64,000 bases of DNA. Source: Candidatus Poribacteria bacterium. Lineage in GTDB: Bacteria > Poribacteria > WGA-4E > PCPOR2b. Location: contig OZ244587.1 in assembly GCA_965218095.1 (NCBI GenBank), positions 2,720,001 to 2,784,000 on the forward strand, given 5' to 3'. Below the pieces are notes generated by a model, which saw only the letters and a program-made list of their open reading frames with translations, searched no databases and was not told where the DNA came from. This document shows, piece after piece, positions 39,980 to 49,735 of this stretch. Positions within the stretch are counted from its first letter, which is position 1; every line of letters begins with the position of its first letter. Made by a program: the position numbers and the translations under genes.

Positions 39980-40858
39980 ATGCGTTGGAGGAGTCAATCA
40001 ACACCCACTGAAGTGGTGCGCATCCCTGCTGTCGCTGGCAGTTTTTATCCGGGTTCGCGGAACGCCCTATCCGCACAGGTGGAAGAATTCATCGGTAACG
40101 CCGATCTGAAACCGACAGATAGTGAGCTCATTGGACTCATTGCGCCGCATGCCGGCTATGTCTACTCCGGTCATGTCGCGGGGCACGCGTACAAACAGTT
40201 GGAAGGGAAGTCTTTCGACACGGCCATCCTGATCGGCTTGAGCCACTGCTACCCTGTGCGTAATGCAGCAATTTACGCCCGTGGCTCATTTCGCACGCCG
40301 CTTGGGGATATTGAGATCGACGCGGAGCTCGCCTCTGAGATTATGCGCCTGAATAGCGATGTCGTTGACCTGTCGCCTGCCCATGCTAACGAGCATAGCT
40401 TGGAGGTGCAGGTGCCGTTTCTGCAGCAATCCCTTTCCAATTTCCGCATCGTCCCCCTCCTGTTACAAGACGACTCGCCCGAAAATGTCATGCCCTTGAG
40501 TCGGGCAATTGTCCAAGCTGTCGGCAATCGATCCGTCCTGCTAATTGGCAGTACGGATCTCTGCCACTACCCGGTCTATGAAGAAGCGCGAAAGTCAGAT
40601 CAGGTCGTCATTGAGGCTATCGGGCGTTTTAACACCGATTACTTGCGGGAGCAGATGGATGAATACATGCAAGCCTACCCCGTGCGGGAACTTCACTGCA
40701 TGATGTGCAGCACGGGGGCAATCTATACCACAATGGAGGCGGCGAAACAGTTGGGCGGGCATCGGATTGAGGTGCTGAAAGCGGCGAACTCCGGGGATGT
40801 CCTGATGGGGCGGCATGATCAGGTGGTTGGGTATATGGCGGCGGGGATTTATCGGTGA
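39980..40858 (+). CDS. amrB: AmmeMemoRadiSam system protein B (MEMO1 family)
   Basis: PAVAGSFYP, PHAGYVYSG, EHSLEVQVPFLQ, STDLCHY, VVGY. Confidence 0.9.
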   Translation: MRWRSQSTPTEVVRIPAVAGSFYPGSRNALSAQVEEFIGNADLKPTDSELIGLIAPHAGYVYSGHVAGHAYKQLEGKSFDTAILIGLSHCYPVRNAAIYARGSFRTPLGDIEIDAELASEIMRLNSDVVDLSPAHANEHSLEVQVPFLQQSLSNFRIVPLLLQDDSPENVMPLSRAIVQAVGNRSVLLIGSTDLCHYPVYEEARKSDQVVIEAIGRFNTDYLREQMDEYMQAYPVRELHCMMCSTGAIYTTMEAAKQLGGHRIEVLKAANSGDVLMGRHDQVVGYMAAGIYR

Positions 40859-40911
40859 TGAGGATAACCGTCAGATTGATTCAACTTGTATGGAAGTTGA
40901 AGGAGTGCAGA

Positions 40912-41575
40912 ATGTCGGATGATAAACTTTCTTATAACCTTAACGAAGATACAGCCAAAGTCGGTCGGAAACGGTCGAATGAATTAGATGGAAAGACGTG
41001 GTTAAGGCATTCAATTTCAATTTGGGAAGACATAAAGAAAACCAAAGAGGAAGCTAACCTAAAACATCCCGCAATGTTTCCTACCGCTTTAGCTCGCCGT
41101 CTTATTGAGTGTTTTACCAATCAAGACGCTCGTTTGGTACTTGACCCTTTTGTTGGAGTCGGGTCTACCTTGATAGCTGCTAAAGAGTGCGGCAAGGATA
41201 GTATTGGCATTGAGGTTTCGCCGGAATTTGCCGAGATTGCTGAAGATAGAATCAATCAGACGATTCCGTTTGCCGGCGCAACTGAAACGACTATTCACGT
41301 CGCCGATAGCCGAGAGCTATACAAATATGTCCCCTCGAGTAGTGTAGATTTGGTTGTCACTTCTCCGCCTTACTGGGATATCCTTCTCTCAAAGCGGACA
41401 GCAGATTACAAAGCGCAACGCGACTATGGCGATGCGGAGGCCGATCTGGGAAAGATTCGGGACTATGAAAAATTCCTACTTGAACTTCGTAAGATTTTTG
41501 AGCAGGTCTACATAACGCTAAAGCCGAAAAGTTACTGTTGTGTCGTGGTAATGGATCTGCGCAAAAAGAGCCGTT
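40912..41575 (+). pseudogene. N4-cytosine/N6-adenine DNA methyltransferase, C-terminally truncated
   Basis: KHPAMFP, LDPFVGVGST, VTSPPY; homology appears to end at DLRKKSR. Confidence 0.8.
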
Positions 41576-42244
41576 ATGGTTTGGCGAAATATCCTGATGC
41601 ACACCCAAGAAAAGACGGGCGTAGAACATTTTTCAGTTCCCGAAGTCTTGTTTTCGCCCAATGTTCCAAAGGATTGGAAGCGAGAGTATGTGAGAGGATA
41701 TGCTGATGTAGCCGGTAATATCAGGCATTCTAACCGTTACACAGACGGAAGTCATCGTGTACGCCTTGATGTGTTGAATTACCCAACGAATTGGGAAATG
41801 CCGGTCCAACTCTGTACGCTGTTGGAAGAACATTTAGCGGTTCCCGTCCAGCTAATCACATGGGGACATCCAAACCTGGGACGAAATTTCCGAGAACACC
41901 AGATTAATATCTTCGCTGTGCCGTTTGGACAAATTGGCTTTTCACTGGAACACCAACAGACCATTTTGCGGGAATTTATCGAACACGATTTGCATCAGTA
42001 TCCCAACAAGACCTACAATCCTTGTCCTGGCAGGAGGAAACTTAGGAAGAATCAGCGTAAACCAAAAGATGAACGAGAGAATGACGAAAGGCTTGATGAG
42101 CGGATAAGAGGGAATCATTTTAACGCCTACTGGCAAATCTGCAAAAAGTTGGGTTGTCCACGTACCCCGAAAATCATGCAGCAAGAGCTTTGGAACTTTG
42201 ACGCGCTTGAGGCATTAGAGAAGGGAGGCGATGATGACGTATAG
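41576..42244 (+). CDS. LAGLIDADG-like domain protein, probably N-terminally truncated
   Basis: REYVRGYADVAGNI...RVRLDV...IGF pattern; three Cys in the C-terminal part; no SD. Confidence 0.55.
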   Translation: MVWRNILMHTQEKTGVEHFSVPEVLFSPNVPKDWKREYVRGYADVAGNIRHSNRYTDGSHRVRLDVLNYPTNWEMPVQLCTLLEEHLAVPVQLITWGHPNLGRNFREHQINIFAVPFGQIGFSLEHQQTILREFIEHDLHQYPNKTYNPCPGRRKLRKNQRKPKDERENDERLDERIRGNHFNAYWQICKKLGCPRTPKIMQQELWNFDALEALEKGGDDDV

Positions 42245-42743
42245 CACGGAAGAAGAGATGTATCCCGATGTCTGTAGATGGCTTGAGGATTTTCTTACGG
42301 ACAGGTTCCGACATGCAGACATCGAAGTTTACAACCTTTCAAAATCGCCGCTTTCCCATTTCCTGAAAACATACAATCGCGGCAGTTTTCCTGCCGAATG
42401 GATTACGTGGGATATTCGGGTTGATGTTGTCGGCTTCATTCATTCCCGTGATAAATTGACTTCGTTAGCTTTCGTGGAATGCAAGATTAGGCGTCTGACA
42501 TTAGCTCATTTATCGCAACTTTTGGGTTACAGCCGAATTGCTTTACCGCTTTATTCGTTCTTAATTTCTCCGATGCCCTTGTCATCAACGCTAACTTCTC
42601 TACTGCGGAAGTATCAGCGCGCTGATGTGTTGGAATATCAATGGGAGAAAGGCAAAAGACCACGACAGATTGTCGTTGCTCAGTGGGACAGTTTTGCCTG
42701 CAATCTTAACGAGCAAACCATGACTGGCGGTACCGGATTATGA
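42231..42743 (+). CDS. Small PD-(D/E)XK nuclease
   Basis: N-terminal EEEMY helix, RVDVVG, FVECK, SQLLGY (QxxxY); SD GGAGG. Confidence 0.7.
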   Translation: MMTYSTEEEMYPDVCRWLEDFLTDRFRHADIEVYNLSKSPLSHFLKTYNRGSFPAEWITWDIRVDVVGFIHSRDKLTSLAFVECKIRRLTLAHLSQLLGYSRIALPLYSFLISPMPLSSTLTSLLRKYQRADVLEYQWEKGKRPRQIVVAQWDSFACNLNEQTMTGGTGL

Positions 42744-42817
42744 AATTTAGAGATAGAACAAACACAACTTCTTAAGCAGTCTAACACACTCCAATATATC
42801 GGAAAAGGATAACAAAC

Positions 42818-43642
42818 ATGACCAAAATACCCTTTATGAAACTCAGTGGAGCGGGCAACGACTTCGTCATTATTGATAACCGCGAAGGCGTTGTCTCCTA
42901 TGAAAATACAGATTTCATCGAGAAGGTTTGCCAACGCCGCATGTCCGCCGGCGCAGACGGCGTTCTGCTCGTCGAAAATACGGACAAAGCGAATTTCCGG
43001 ATGCGCTACTTCAATGCAGATGGTGGAGAAGTGGAGACGTGCGGAAACGGCGCCCGCTGCATCTCAAGGTTCGCTTATGTCAACGGCATTGTTCATGAAC
43101 GGATGTCCTTTGAGACGCAAGCTGGTATCTACGAATCAGAGATTGTCGGCACCAATGTCAAGGTGCGTATGAGTGATCCGACTGACATTCGGTTGAACTT
43201 CCCACTTCAGTTGAAAGATGGCGTCCACAATGTCTGTTTCGCTAACAGTGGTGTTCCCCACATCGTCTTTTTCGTGGAAGACCTTGAGGGAACGGACGTC
43301 GTAGAGTTTGGGGGGCAAACGCGCTACCACGATGACTTTAAGCCGGCGGGGACGAACGCGAATTTCGTCCGAATCAGAAATGCCGAAGAGATTGACATCC
43401 GTACCTACGAGCGCGGCGTCGAGGATGAAACTCTCGCCTGTGGCACGGGCTCTATCGCCGCCGCAGTTGTTTCTGCCTCGCTGGGAAAAGTCTCGTCTCC
43501 GGCTGCTGTGCGGACAGCCAGTGGCTCGGTGCTGACCATCCATTTTGACCTGGAGAATGGTGAAGCGAAAAATGTCTACCTGGAAGGGGATGCCCGAATC
43601 ATCTATTCGGGTGAACTCACAGAGGATGCTTGGGTTTATTAA
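42818..43642 (+). CDS. dapF: Diaminopimelate epimerase
   Basis: GAGNDF, CGNGARC, YERGVEDETLACGTG. Confidence 0.97.
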   Translation: MTKIPFMKLSGAGNDFVIIDNREGVVSYENTDFIEKVCQRRMSAGADGVLLVENTDKANFRMRYFNADGGEVETCGNGARCISRFAYVNGIVHERMSFETQAGIYESEIVGTNVKVRMSDPTDIRLNFPLQLKDGVHNVCFANSGVPHIVFFVEDLEGTDVVEFGGQTRYHDDFKPAGTNANFVRIRNAEEIDIRTYERGVEDETLACGTGSIAAAVVSASLGKVSSPAAVRTASGSVLTIHFDLENGEAKNVYLEGDARIIYSGELTEDAWVY

Positions 43643-43703
43643 CAGGATTTTCCAAATAATTCGATTATCTTGAGAATTGTAGTCTTTTTTCTTTGGAGGG
43701 CAA

Positions 43704-45365
43704 ATGAAGAAAGTCTTATTGATTATTAACGGTCCGCAGCCCCCTTACAGCGCATTTGCGGAGATGTTCAAGCCGTTGGTCGAAGATTCCGGGCAGTTTG
43801 AAGTGGAAGTTAGCGACAATCGCAATCGATTGGTGGGTGCTTCGGCGTTTGACGCCGTTACATTGTACATCAGTGGCGGGGAGATCACGCCTGAGCAAGA
43901 GCGTGAGTTGACGGAGTTTGTCAATGCCGGCGGCGGACTGCTTGCGGTACATGGCGCCAACGCCGGGTTGGGTCGGTATGAAACGTACATTGAGCTCATC
44001 GGCACGGAGTTTATCCAACATGATCCGTTGGCGCCGTTTGAGGTCACGACGGAAGATGGGGTTAATGACATCCTCCCGCGTCTCAACAAACAATTTCGTG
44101 TTGTGGATGAATGCTACCAGATGAAGGTTCGGACGGACGTCCCTCTGCGCTACTTCCAGTACGGTACGTGGAAACTCAAAAAGTATCCACTCGGTTATGT
44201 GCGCGACTATGGCGATGGTAAGGTGTTTTACACGGCGCTCGGACACGATGAGCGGACGTTCCGCCACCCGGATTTCCAAGATCAACTTTTGAAGGGGCTG
44301 CGCTATGTGACCAATCTGAAAGATAGCCTGGCCATTCGCATTGGTCTTGTGGGCTATGGGCCGCTGTTTAGCATGGGCAAACATCACGCTGGCATGATTG
44401 CGCAGACGCACGGGTTTGAGTTGGTTGCCGTGTGCGATAAAGATCCGGAACGCCTCCGTGTTGCAAAGGAAGATCAAGGAGATGGACTCGCTGCCTTTAC
44501 TGATGCGCAGGAGATGGCTCAGAGCGGCTTGATTGATCTAGGGATTGTGATTGTGCCACATGTGTACCACGCGTCCCTTGCAAAGGTGCTGTTGGAAGCC
44601 GGGTTGCATACAATTGTCGAAAAGCCGTTTGTCGTCCACGTCTCGGAAGCTGACGAACTCATAGCACTGGCACGCGAAAAGGGAGTCATGCTCTCGGTTT
44701 ACCACAGCCGTCACTGGGATCCGGATATTCTCACCATCCGTGATGCTGTCGAATCGGGGGTGATCGGCGAAGTGTATTCGATTGAATGTAATCTGGTCGG
44801 CTATGGCGCCCCTGGACAGGAGTGGCGTAACCACAAGGAAATATCGGGTGGGATGTTATACGATATGGGCGCACACCAGTTTGAGAAGATCCTGCAATTG
44901 GTGCCCCAACATGATCACCGTGGAAACCGTGTCAATAAGCGTGCGACGCTATACGGGAATTTCCTCAAGCGGAGATGGCATGCCAGTTCAAACGAAGATT
45001 TCTGCCGGGCGTATGTGCGGTTCGACAGTGGCTTAGAAGCGCAGCTCATCCAGTCGAACCTGTACGCCGCTGATAAGCCACTTTGGACAATACTTGGTAC
45101 GCATGGCGCGATTATTGTGCAAAATTCCCAGGGCGATACGACCTTGACCGCCATCATGGAGGACGGACGCAAGATGGTTTCAAATTATCCAACGGTAACG
45201 GATCGTGGCTGGCAGGCATATTACAAGAACATATCGGATCATCTGCTTTCCGGGCTGCCGCTGTTGATTACACCAGAATGGGCGAAGGGGACGATCCAGT
45301 GCATCGAAGGGTGCGAGATCGCCGCCCGTGAAAACCGGTTGGTGGAAGTCGAGTTTGATTTTTAG
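43704..45365 (+). CDS. ThuA-like domain fused to a Gfo/Idh/MocA oxidoreductase
   Basis: GKVFYTALGHD; GLVGYG, VEKP, DMGAH. Confidence 0.88.
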   Translation: MKKVLLIINGPQPPYSAFAEMFKPLVEDSGQFEVEVSDNRNRLVGASAFDAVTLYISGGEITPEQERELTEFVNAGGGLLAVHGANAGLGRYETYIELIGTEFIQHDPLAPFEVTTEDGVNDILPRLNKQFRVVDECYQMKVRTDVPLRYFQYGTWKLKKYPLGYVRDYGDGKVFYTALGHDERTFRHPDFQDQLLKGLRYVTNLKDSLAIRIGLVGYGPLFSMGKHHAGMIAQTHGFELVAVCDKDPERLRVAKEDQGDGLAAFTDAQEMAQSGLIDLGIVIVPHVYHASLAKVLLEAGLHTIVEKPFVVHVSEADELIALAREKGVMLSVYHSRHWDPDILTIRDAVESGVIGEVYSIECNLVGYGAPGQEWRNHKEISGGMLYDMGAHQFEKILQLVPQHDHRGNRVNKRATLYGNFLKRRWHASSNEDFCRAYVRFDSGLEAQLIQSNLYAADKPLWTILGTHGAIIVQNSQGDTTLTAIMEDGRKMVSNYPTVTDRGWQAYYKNISDHLLSGLPLLITPEWAKGTIQCIEGCEIAARENRLVEVEFDF

Positions 45366-45586
45366 TAAAGGCAAAACGTGCTTTTCGCTACAATGAAAGG
45401 CTACAACGAAAGGAGGGAAAGCAAATGCCGGTTCTTTGGGATGAATACACTACCCCAAAAAACTCCTGAAGTACGGCTTTCTGACATGTGTGTTGACTGT
45501 ACATAAAAACCGGACATTCTGTGTTTTTTTCGCGATAGCATCCATAAATTGCTTTGCCCATATACCAAAAGTGAAAGGAGTTCGCC

Positions 45587-46414
45587 ATGCAATATCGAAC
45601 ACTCGGTCGCACACAACTGCGCGTTTCGGAGATCGGATACGGCGGTGGGCGGGTACGTTCCAATCAAGATGAACAGACGCTTATCCGTATACTCCACCGA
45701 GCCTTCGACATCGGGCTTAACTACATCGACACGGCGCCAACCTACGGGGATGGCGCCAGTGAAACCGTTATCGGGAAGGCGATTCAGGGGCGAGGCGATC
45801 AGCTTGTCATCGCAACGAAGACCGAAGCCTTTGACCCGCAAGGGATTCTGGACGATGTGGAAGGGAGTTTGAGGCGGTTACAGGTGGACGTGATTGACGT
45901 CTTACAGTTTCACGGCGGTTGGCATCAGGGGGACGATGCAGACAAGATCTTGAATCGAGGCGGATTAGAAACCTATCAGAAATTGCGCGATCAGGGGAAA
46001 ATCCGTTTCATTGGGTTTTCGGCGGATGGACCTTCAGGCGGCGTCGAGCGAATGGTCGCTTCCGGTAAATTCGACATGATTCAGATTCACTACAACCTGA
46101 TGTACCAGAGCACCTGCGACGCCTTCAGCAATCGCGGCATCATACCGGATGCGGATGCGGATGCGCAGGGCATGGGCATTGTGCTAATGCGTTCTACGAC
46201 AAGCAACGCATTCCCAAAGTTGATGCGGCAATGTTTCCCGAAAGAAATGGAAGAGGTCGATTTGGACAGCTTTCTGCTAAACTATGTCCTCTCCAATCCG
46301 CTGATTGATGTTGCACTGATGAGCCTGCAAAGCCTTGACGATGTGGCGTGGGCGGATGCGGTTTCGGATGGGGTCAATCAACGGCTGGATCTGCGGGCGA
46401 TTCACGGACGTTAG
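45587..46414 (+). CDS. Aldo/keto reductase
   Basis: IDTAPTYG, ATK, SLRRLQVDVIDVLQFH, GKIRFIG. Confidence 0.92.
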   Translation: MQYRTLGRTQLRVSEIGYGGGRVRSNQDEQTLIRILHRAFDIGLNYIDTAPTYGDGASETVIGKAIQGRGDQLVIATKTEAFDPQGILDDVEGSLRRLQVDVIDVLQFHGGWHQGDDADKILNRGGLETYQKLRDQGKIRFIGFSADGPSGGVERMVASGKFDMIQIHYNLMYQSTCDAFSNRGIIPDADADAQGMGIVLMRSTTSNAFPKLMRQCFPKEMEEVDLDSFLLNYVLSNPLIDVALMSLQSLDDVAWADAVSDGVNQRLDLRAIHGR

Positions 46415-46428
46415 GCTGAAGGTCGGGT

Positions 46429-47106
46429 TCAAGCCAGCTTTGATGTCCACTCGTTCACGACACGCGCCATCTCCACAAACACATCTTCGTCGGTTCTGCG
46501 GGAACGTTTGAGAACCTTGAATCCGTGGTCGGCGGTATCCAAAAGATGTAGCGTCGCCTTATCGCCGAGCCCCTTGCAGACAGGTTGTAGCAGATCGAGT
46601 TCAGCTAACTTGTCCCGCGTGCCAGACAGGAAAAGCATCGGCGTTGTGACATCGCTCAGATGTTCCGCCCGTTCCGTCGAAGGCTTGCCAGATGGATGCA
46701 AGGGAAAGGCGAAGAACACCAAGCCCCGTACATGCTCCAGAGGCGCCTCCTCCTCCGCCATTGACGTCATTCGTCCGCTGAAGGAGTGTCCCCCGACGAG
46801 AATCGATAGATTGTTGGCCACCGCGTGTGCTGCGGCAACCGCCGAGCGGATAGTTTCCTGACAGACTGCATTGGAATTCCGGCCTCCTCCACCCTCCGCA
46901 TACGGAAAGTTGTAACGGAATGTTGCGATGTCGACGTCCGCCAATCGTTCGGCGATGGCTTGAAGAGTTTTATGCTGCATATTCGTGCTAGCGCCATGCC
47001 CCAGAACCAGCAACCAGCGTGCATTTTTAGGGTGGATCAGTAGCGAGGAGACTTCGCCCTTATCCTCTGTTGCGAGAAACTTCGATTCAACGGCTTCGTA
47101 ACTCAT
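46429..47106 (-). CDS. Alpha/beta hydrolase (KANL3/Tex30-like)
   Basis: LGHGA, GGHSFSGR, FPLHP, GTRD, ADH. Confidence 0.85.
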   Translation of the reverse strand: MSYEAVESKFLATEDKGEVSSLLIHPKNARWLLVLGHGASTNMQHKTLQAIAERLADVDIATFRYNFPYAEGGGGRNSNAVCQETIRSAVAAAHAVANNLSILVGGHSFSGRMTSMAEEEAPLEHVRGLVFFAFPLHPSGKPSTERAEHLSDVTTPMLFLSGTRDKLAELDLLQPVCKGLGDKATLHLLDTADHGFKVLKRSRRTDEDVFVEMARVVNEWTSKLA

Positions 47107-47173
47107 TTTCTAAACCTCATAAATTTCGTTAAACCCGGAATCTTTCCTGACAATATGATTTGATTGACGAATG

Positions 47174-47401
47174 CTACAATCTATGCCACTCCTCCTCTGA
47201 AATGCCTAATCGAGACAGTATTTGTTTAACAATGGGTATTCCCACATCCTTAGAACCGTGTGGATTTGGCACTCGTATTTTCAATGACTGCCAGCGCATA
47301 AATTGGTGTTTACCACCAGGGTAGGGCCCATCAAATCCCAATTTTCTCAGCTTACAAATCAACTCGCGCCGCTTCACTGGGGCTAATGACAATTTCTTCA
47401 A
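47174..47401 (-). CDS. hicA: HicA family toxin
   Basis: LRKLGF...GGKHQFM...VPNPH. Confidence 0.85.
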   Translation of the reverse strand: MKKLSLAPVKRRELICKLRKLGFDGPYPGGKHQFMRWQSLKIRVPNPHGSKDVGIPIVKQILSRLGISEEEWHRL

Positions 47402-47654
47402 CTCTGTTGTCGATTTTGCCTATTGTCAGTCCATCCAGTTCAGGAATTGGGTCGTTAAATTGTAATGCCAGGATAAGCCATCCCTCGGTAACTTCTATGA
47501 GCTCTGATCGGGCCTCCTCTACCGTCGCGCCTTGGGCCCAGCAGCCGGGGAGTTGTGGAATATATGCACCCCAGCTTTTCGTTTCCTCACAATACTCGTA
47601 AACTGCATGCTGGATAGCCTTTGTAATATAATCACTCATTGTACCTTTGCGCAT
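47352..47654 (-). CDS. hicB: HicB family antitoxin
   Basis: IPQLPGCWAQGATVEEA; hicB-hicA order; no HTH. Confidence 0.88.
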   Translation of the reverse strand: MRKGTMSDYITKAIQHAVYEYCEETKSWGAYIPQLPGCWAQGATVEEARSELIEVTEGWLILALQFNDPIPELDGLTIGKIDNRVEEIVISPSEAARVDL

Positions 47655-47732
47655 GGCGCTTTCTCCTTTTAGGCGGCGCTAAATCCTGCACCAGCAAATA
47701 AGGGGCTCAGCATCCCAGGCCCCTAATGTTCC

Positions 47733-48680
47733 CTAAAACCCGAGATTCTTCCTGACGACATTCTTCAACGGTTCGCCCGCCATGTACCGCTTCAGATTAT
47801 CGCAGAAGAACTCAATGGTGCGGCGTGGGCGGTGCTGTGACCCCCCGGCGGCGTGCGGCGTGAGAATCACATTGTCCATCTCCCACAGGGGGCTGTCTTT
47901 TGAAAGCGGTTCAACTTCAGTCACATCCAACCCCGCACCGGCGATTTTCCCTTGTCTGAGGACCTCAATAAGGGCACCCTCGTCAACGATTGGCCCACGA
48001 GCGACATTGATGAAATAGGCGGTCGGCTTCATCAACGCTAGGTTTTCTGCATTAATCAGTCCGCGCGTCCCATCTGTCAATGGACACGCGATCATCACTA
48101 CATCAGAACGGCGCATCAGGTCGGGGAGCCGATCAATTGGCGCCAGTTCATCAACCACATCTGGCTTATCTGTGCGGTACGCATCGACGGAGATGACGTA
48201 CATCTCAAAGCCTTTGGCGCGTCTTGCCATGTGCTGACCAATGCCGCCCATGCCAACAATGCCGATGGTAAAGCCGCCAATCTCAATCATTGACAGCCCA
48301 CCGCGTCCCCATTCATGTTTGTCTTGACTGCGGGTAAAATGGTGGATATTCCGTGTTAAACCAAGCAGCAGCGCAAACCCCTGGTCTGCGACATGCGAGC
48401 CATACAACCCCGCCGCGTTCGTCAAGATGATGTCGCTATCCCTGAGCGAGGGATACAGGTGGGCGTCCATCCCCGCACTATTGGATTGGATCCACTTCAC
48501 CTTCGGCAAATGTTGGAAAACCTCTTCATAACAGAAACCGTAAAAGACTTCCGCATCCACCCCTTCTTCGATGAATTCCTCTTTCGACTCCGGAAATACG
48601 ACCGTATTTTCATCATCCGCGGTGTCGCGGATGAGTTGGCGCAGATCTTCATTCAACCGATCAGCGACCAAAATTTTCAT
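47733..48680 (-). CDS. D-2-hydroxyacid dehydrogenase
   Basis: GMGGIG, INVARG, LDVTEVEP, TPHAAG. Confidence 0.93.
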   Translation of the reverse strand: MKILVADRLNEDLRQLIRDTADDENTVVFPESKEEFIEEGVDAEVFYGFCYEEVFQHLPKVKWIQSNSAGMDAHLYPSLRDSDIILTNAAGLYGSHVADQGFALLLGLTRNIHHFTRSQDKHEWGRGGLSMIEIGGFTIGIVGMGGIGQHMARRAKGFEMYVISVDAYRTDKPDVVDELAPIDRLPDLMRRSDVVMIACPLTDGTRGLINAENLALMKPTAYFINVARGPIVDEGALIEVLRQGKIAGAGLDVTEVEPLSKDSPLWEMDNVILTPHAAGGSQHRPRRTIEFFCDNLKRYMAGEPLKNVVRKNLGF

Positions 48681-48704
48681 AGACTCACTCCTCTTAAAAT
48701 CATC

Positions 48705-49613
48705 TTATGCATTGCCTATTTTCCACGGTGGTTTTTCAGGCAACAATGCTTCAAAACCCTCGATCAGTTTAGCTTCATAGTCGCCGGCATATGCGTTGTT
48801 GAGAAATTTATCCATTCCCTCATCCACAAAGCGTTCCCACGATTCCTCCTCATATCCGGGATTGACGGGGAAAAATAGCGCACCAACGTCCCGAGCCGCT
48901 TTCAGATCTCCTGGGGCGTTGCCGATCATCAGGATATGACCGGAGGGATACTTCCCTTTTGCGGTCAAAGTGAGATGCTCCGTCTTTGATCCCATCTCCT
49001 GCCCCGCAATCACCGCGACATATTGGTTGATATTGTGTTCTGCCCATTCCCGTTTGAGCGCCTCATCAGGTGTTGCGGAAACAACAATCGCGTCGGAACG
49101 GCCTTGCAGCCCTTGCAGCGTTTCGCGCACGCCACGGAAAGGCGGCAGATTGCAGACGATCTCAGCAATGGTCTCATTCACAGCAAGGCTCCACTGAAGG
49201 ACTTTGCTCAACTCCACCCGTTTCGCTCCCGTCGCGTTTTCAACGACCGCCTTGAGCGTAGGATTACCGAGCTTGGTTTCCGTTTCAGCCCATTCTCTGA
49301 GATACAGAAATTCAGGAATCGAAACGCCGGACCTTTGGACTTTCGGCATCTCCCGGAGGAAATCACAGACCAGGAGAATCGCCTTGAAACGATTACAACC
49401 GCGTGTTTTGGAGTAGAGATTCACAAAGTCCCACGCCTGGTGGGCTTGTCTCGAAATAGCAGGTAGCCTGAAGTGCTTGATCAGCTTGACGCTGAAACAG
49501 TCGTTGTGCTTGACTTCCATCGTATTGAACGCACAACCATCCGAATCAATCCCAACGAAATATTTGTGCTTCGGTTGAAAGTTCTTCAACTCCGCTTGTG
49601 GCTCCTTGTGCAT
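48705..49613 (-). CDS. HAD family hydrolase
   Basis: IDSDG, VVSAT, K, GNAPGD. Confidence 0.85.
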   Translation of the reverse strand: MHKEPQAELKNFQPKHKYFVGIDSDGCAFNTMEVKHNDCFSVKLIKHFRLPAISRQAHQAWDFVNLYSKTRGCNRFKAILLVCDFLREMPKVQRSGVSIPEFLYLREWAETETKLGNPTLKAVVENATGAKRVELSKVLQWSLAVNETIAEIVCNLPPFRGVRETLQGLQGRSDAIVVSATPDEALKREWAEHNINQYVAVIAGQEMGSKTEHLTLTAKGKYPSGHILMIGNAPGDLKAARDVGALFFPVNPGYEEESWERFVDEGMDKFLNNAYAGDYEAKLIEGFEALLPEKPPWKIGNA

Positions 49614-49735
49614 TCAATGCTCTCCCTTCAATTTGGATTATCGGATGGAAAATGAGTTCAAGCGTTCATGGGTTCATTGAACTCCCCGATGGATCGGTTC
49701 TGCTTCGCTCCAACCTGAACCCACGAACTCGCGTT

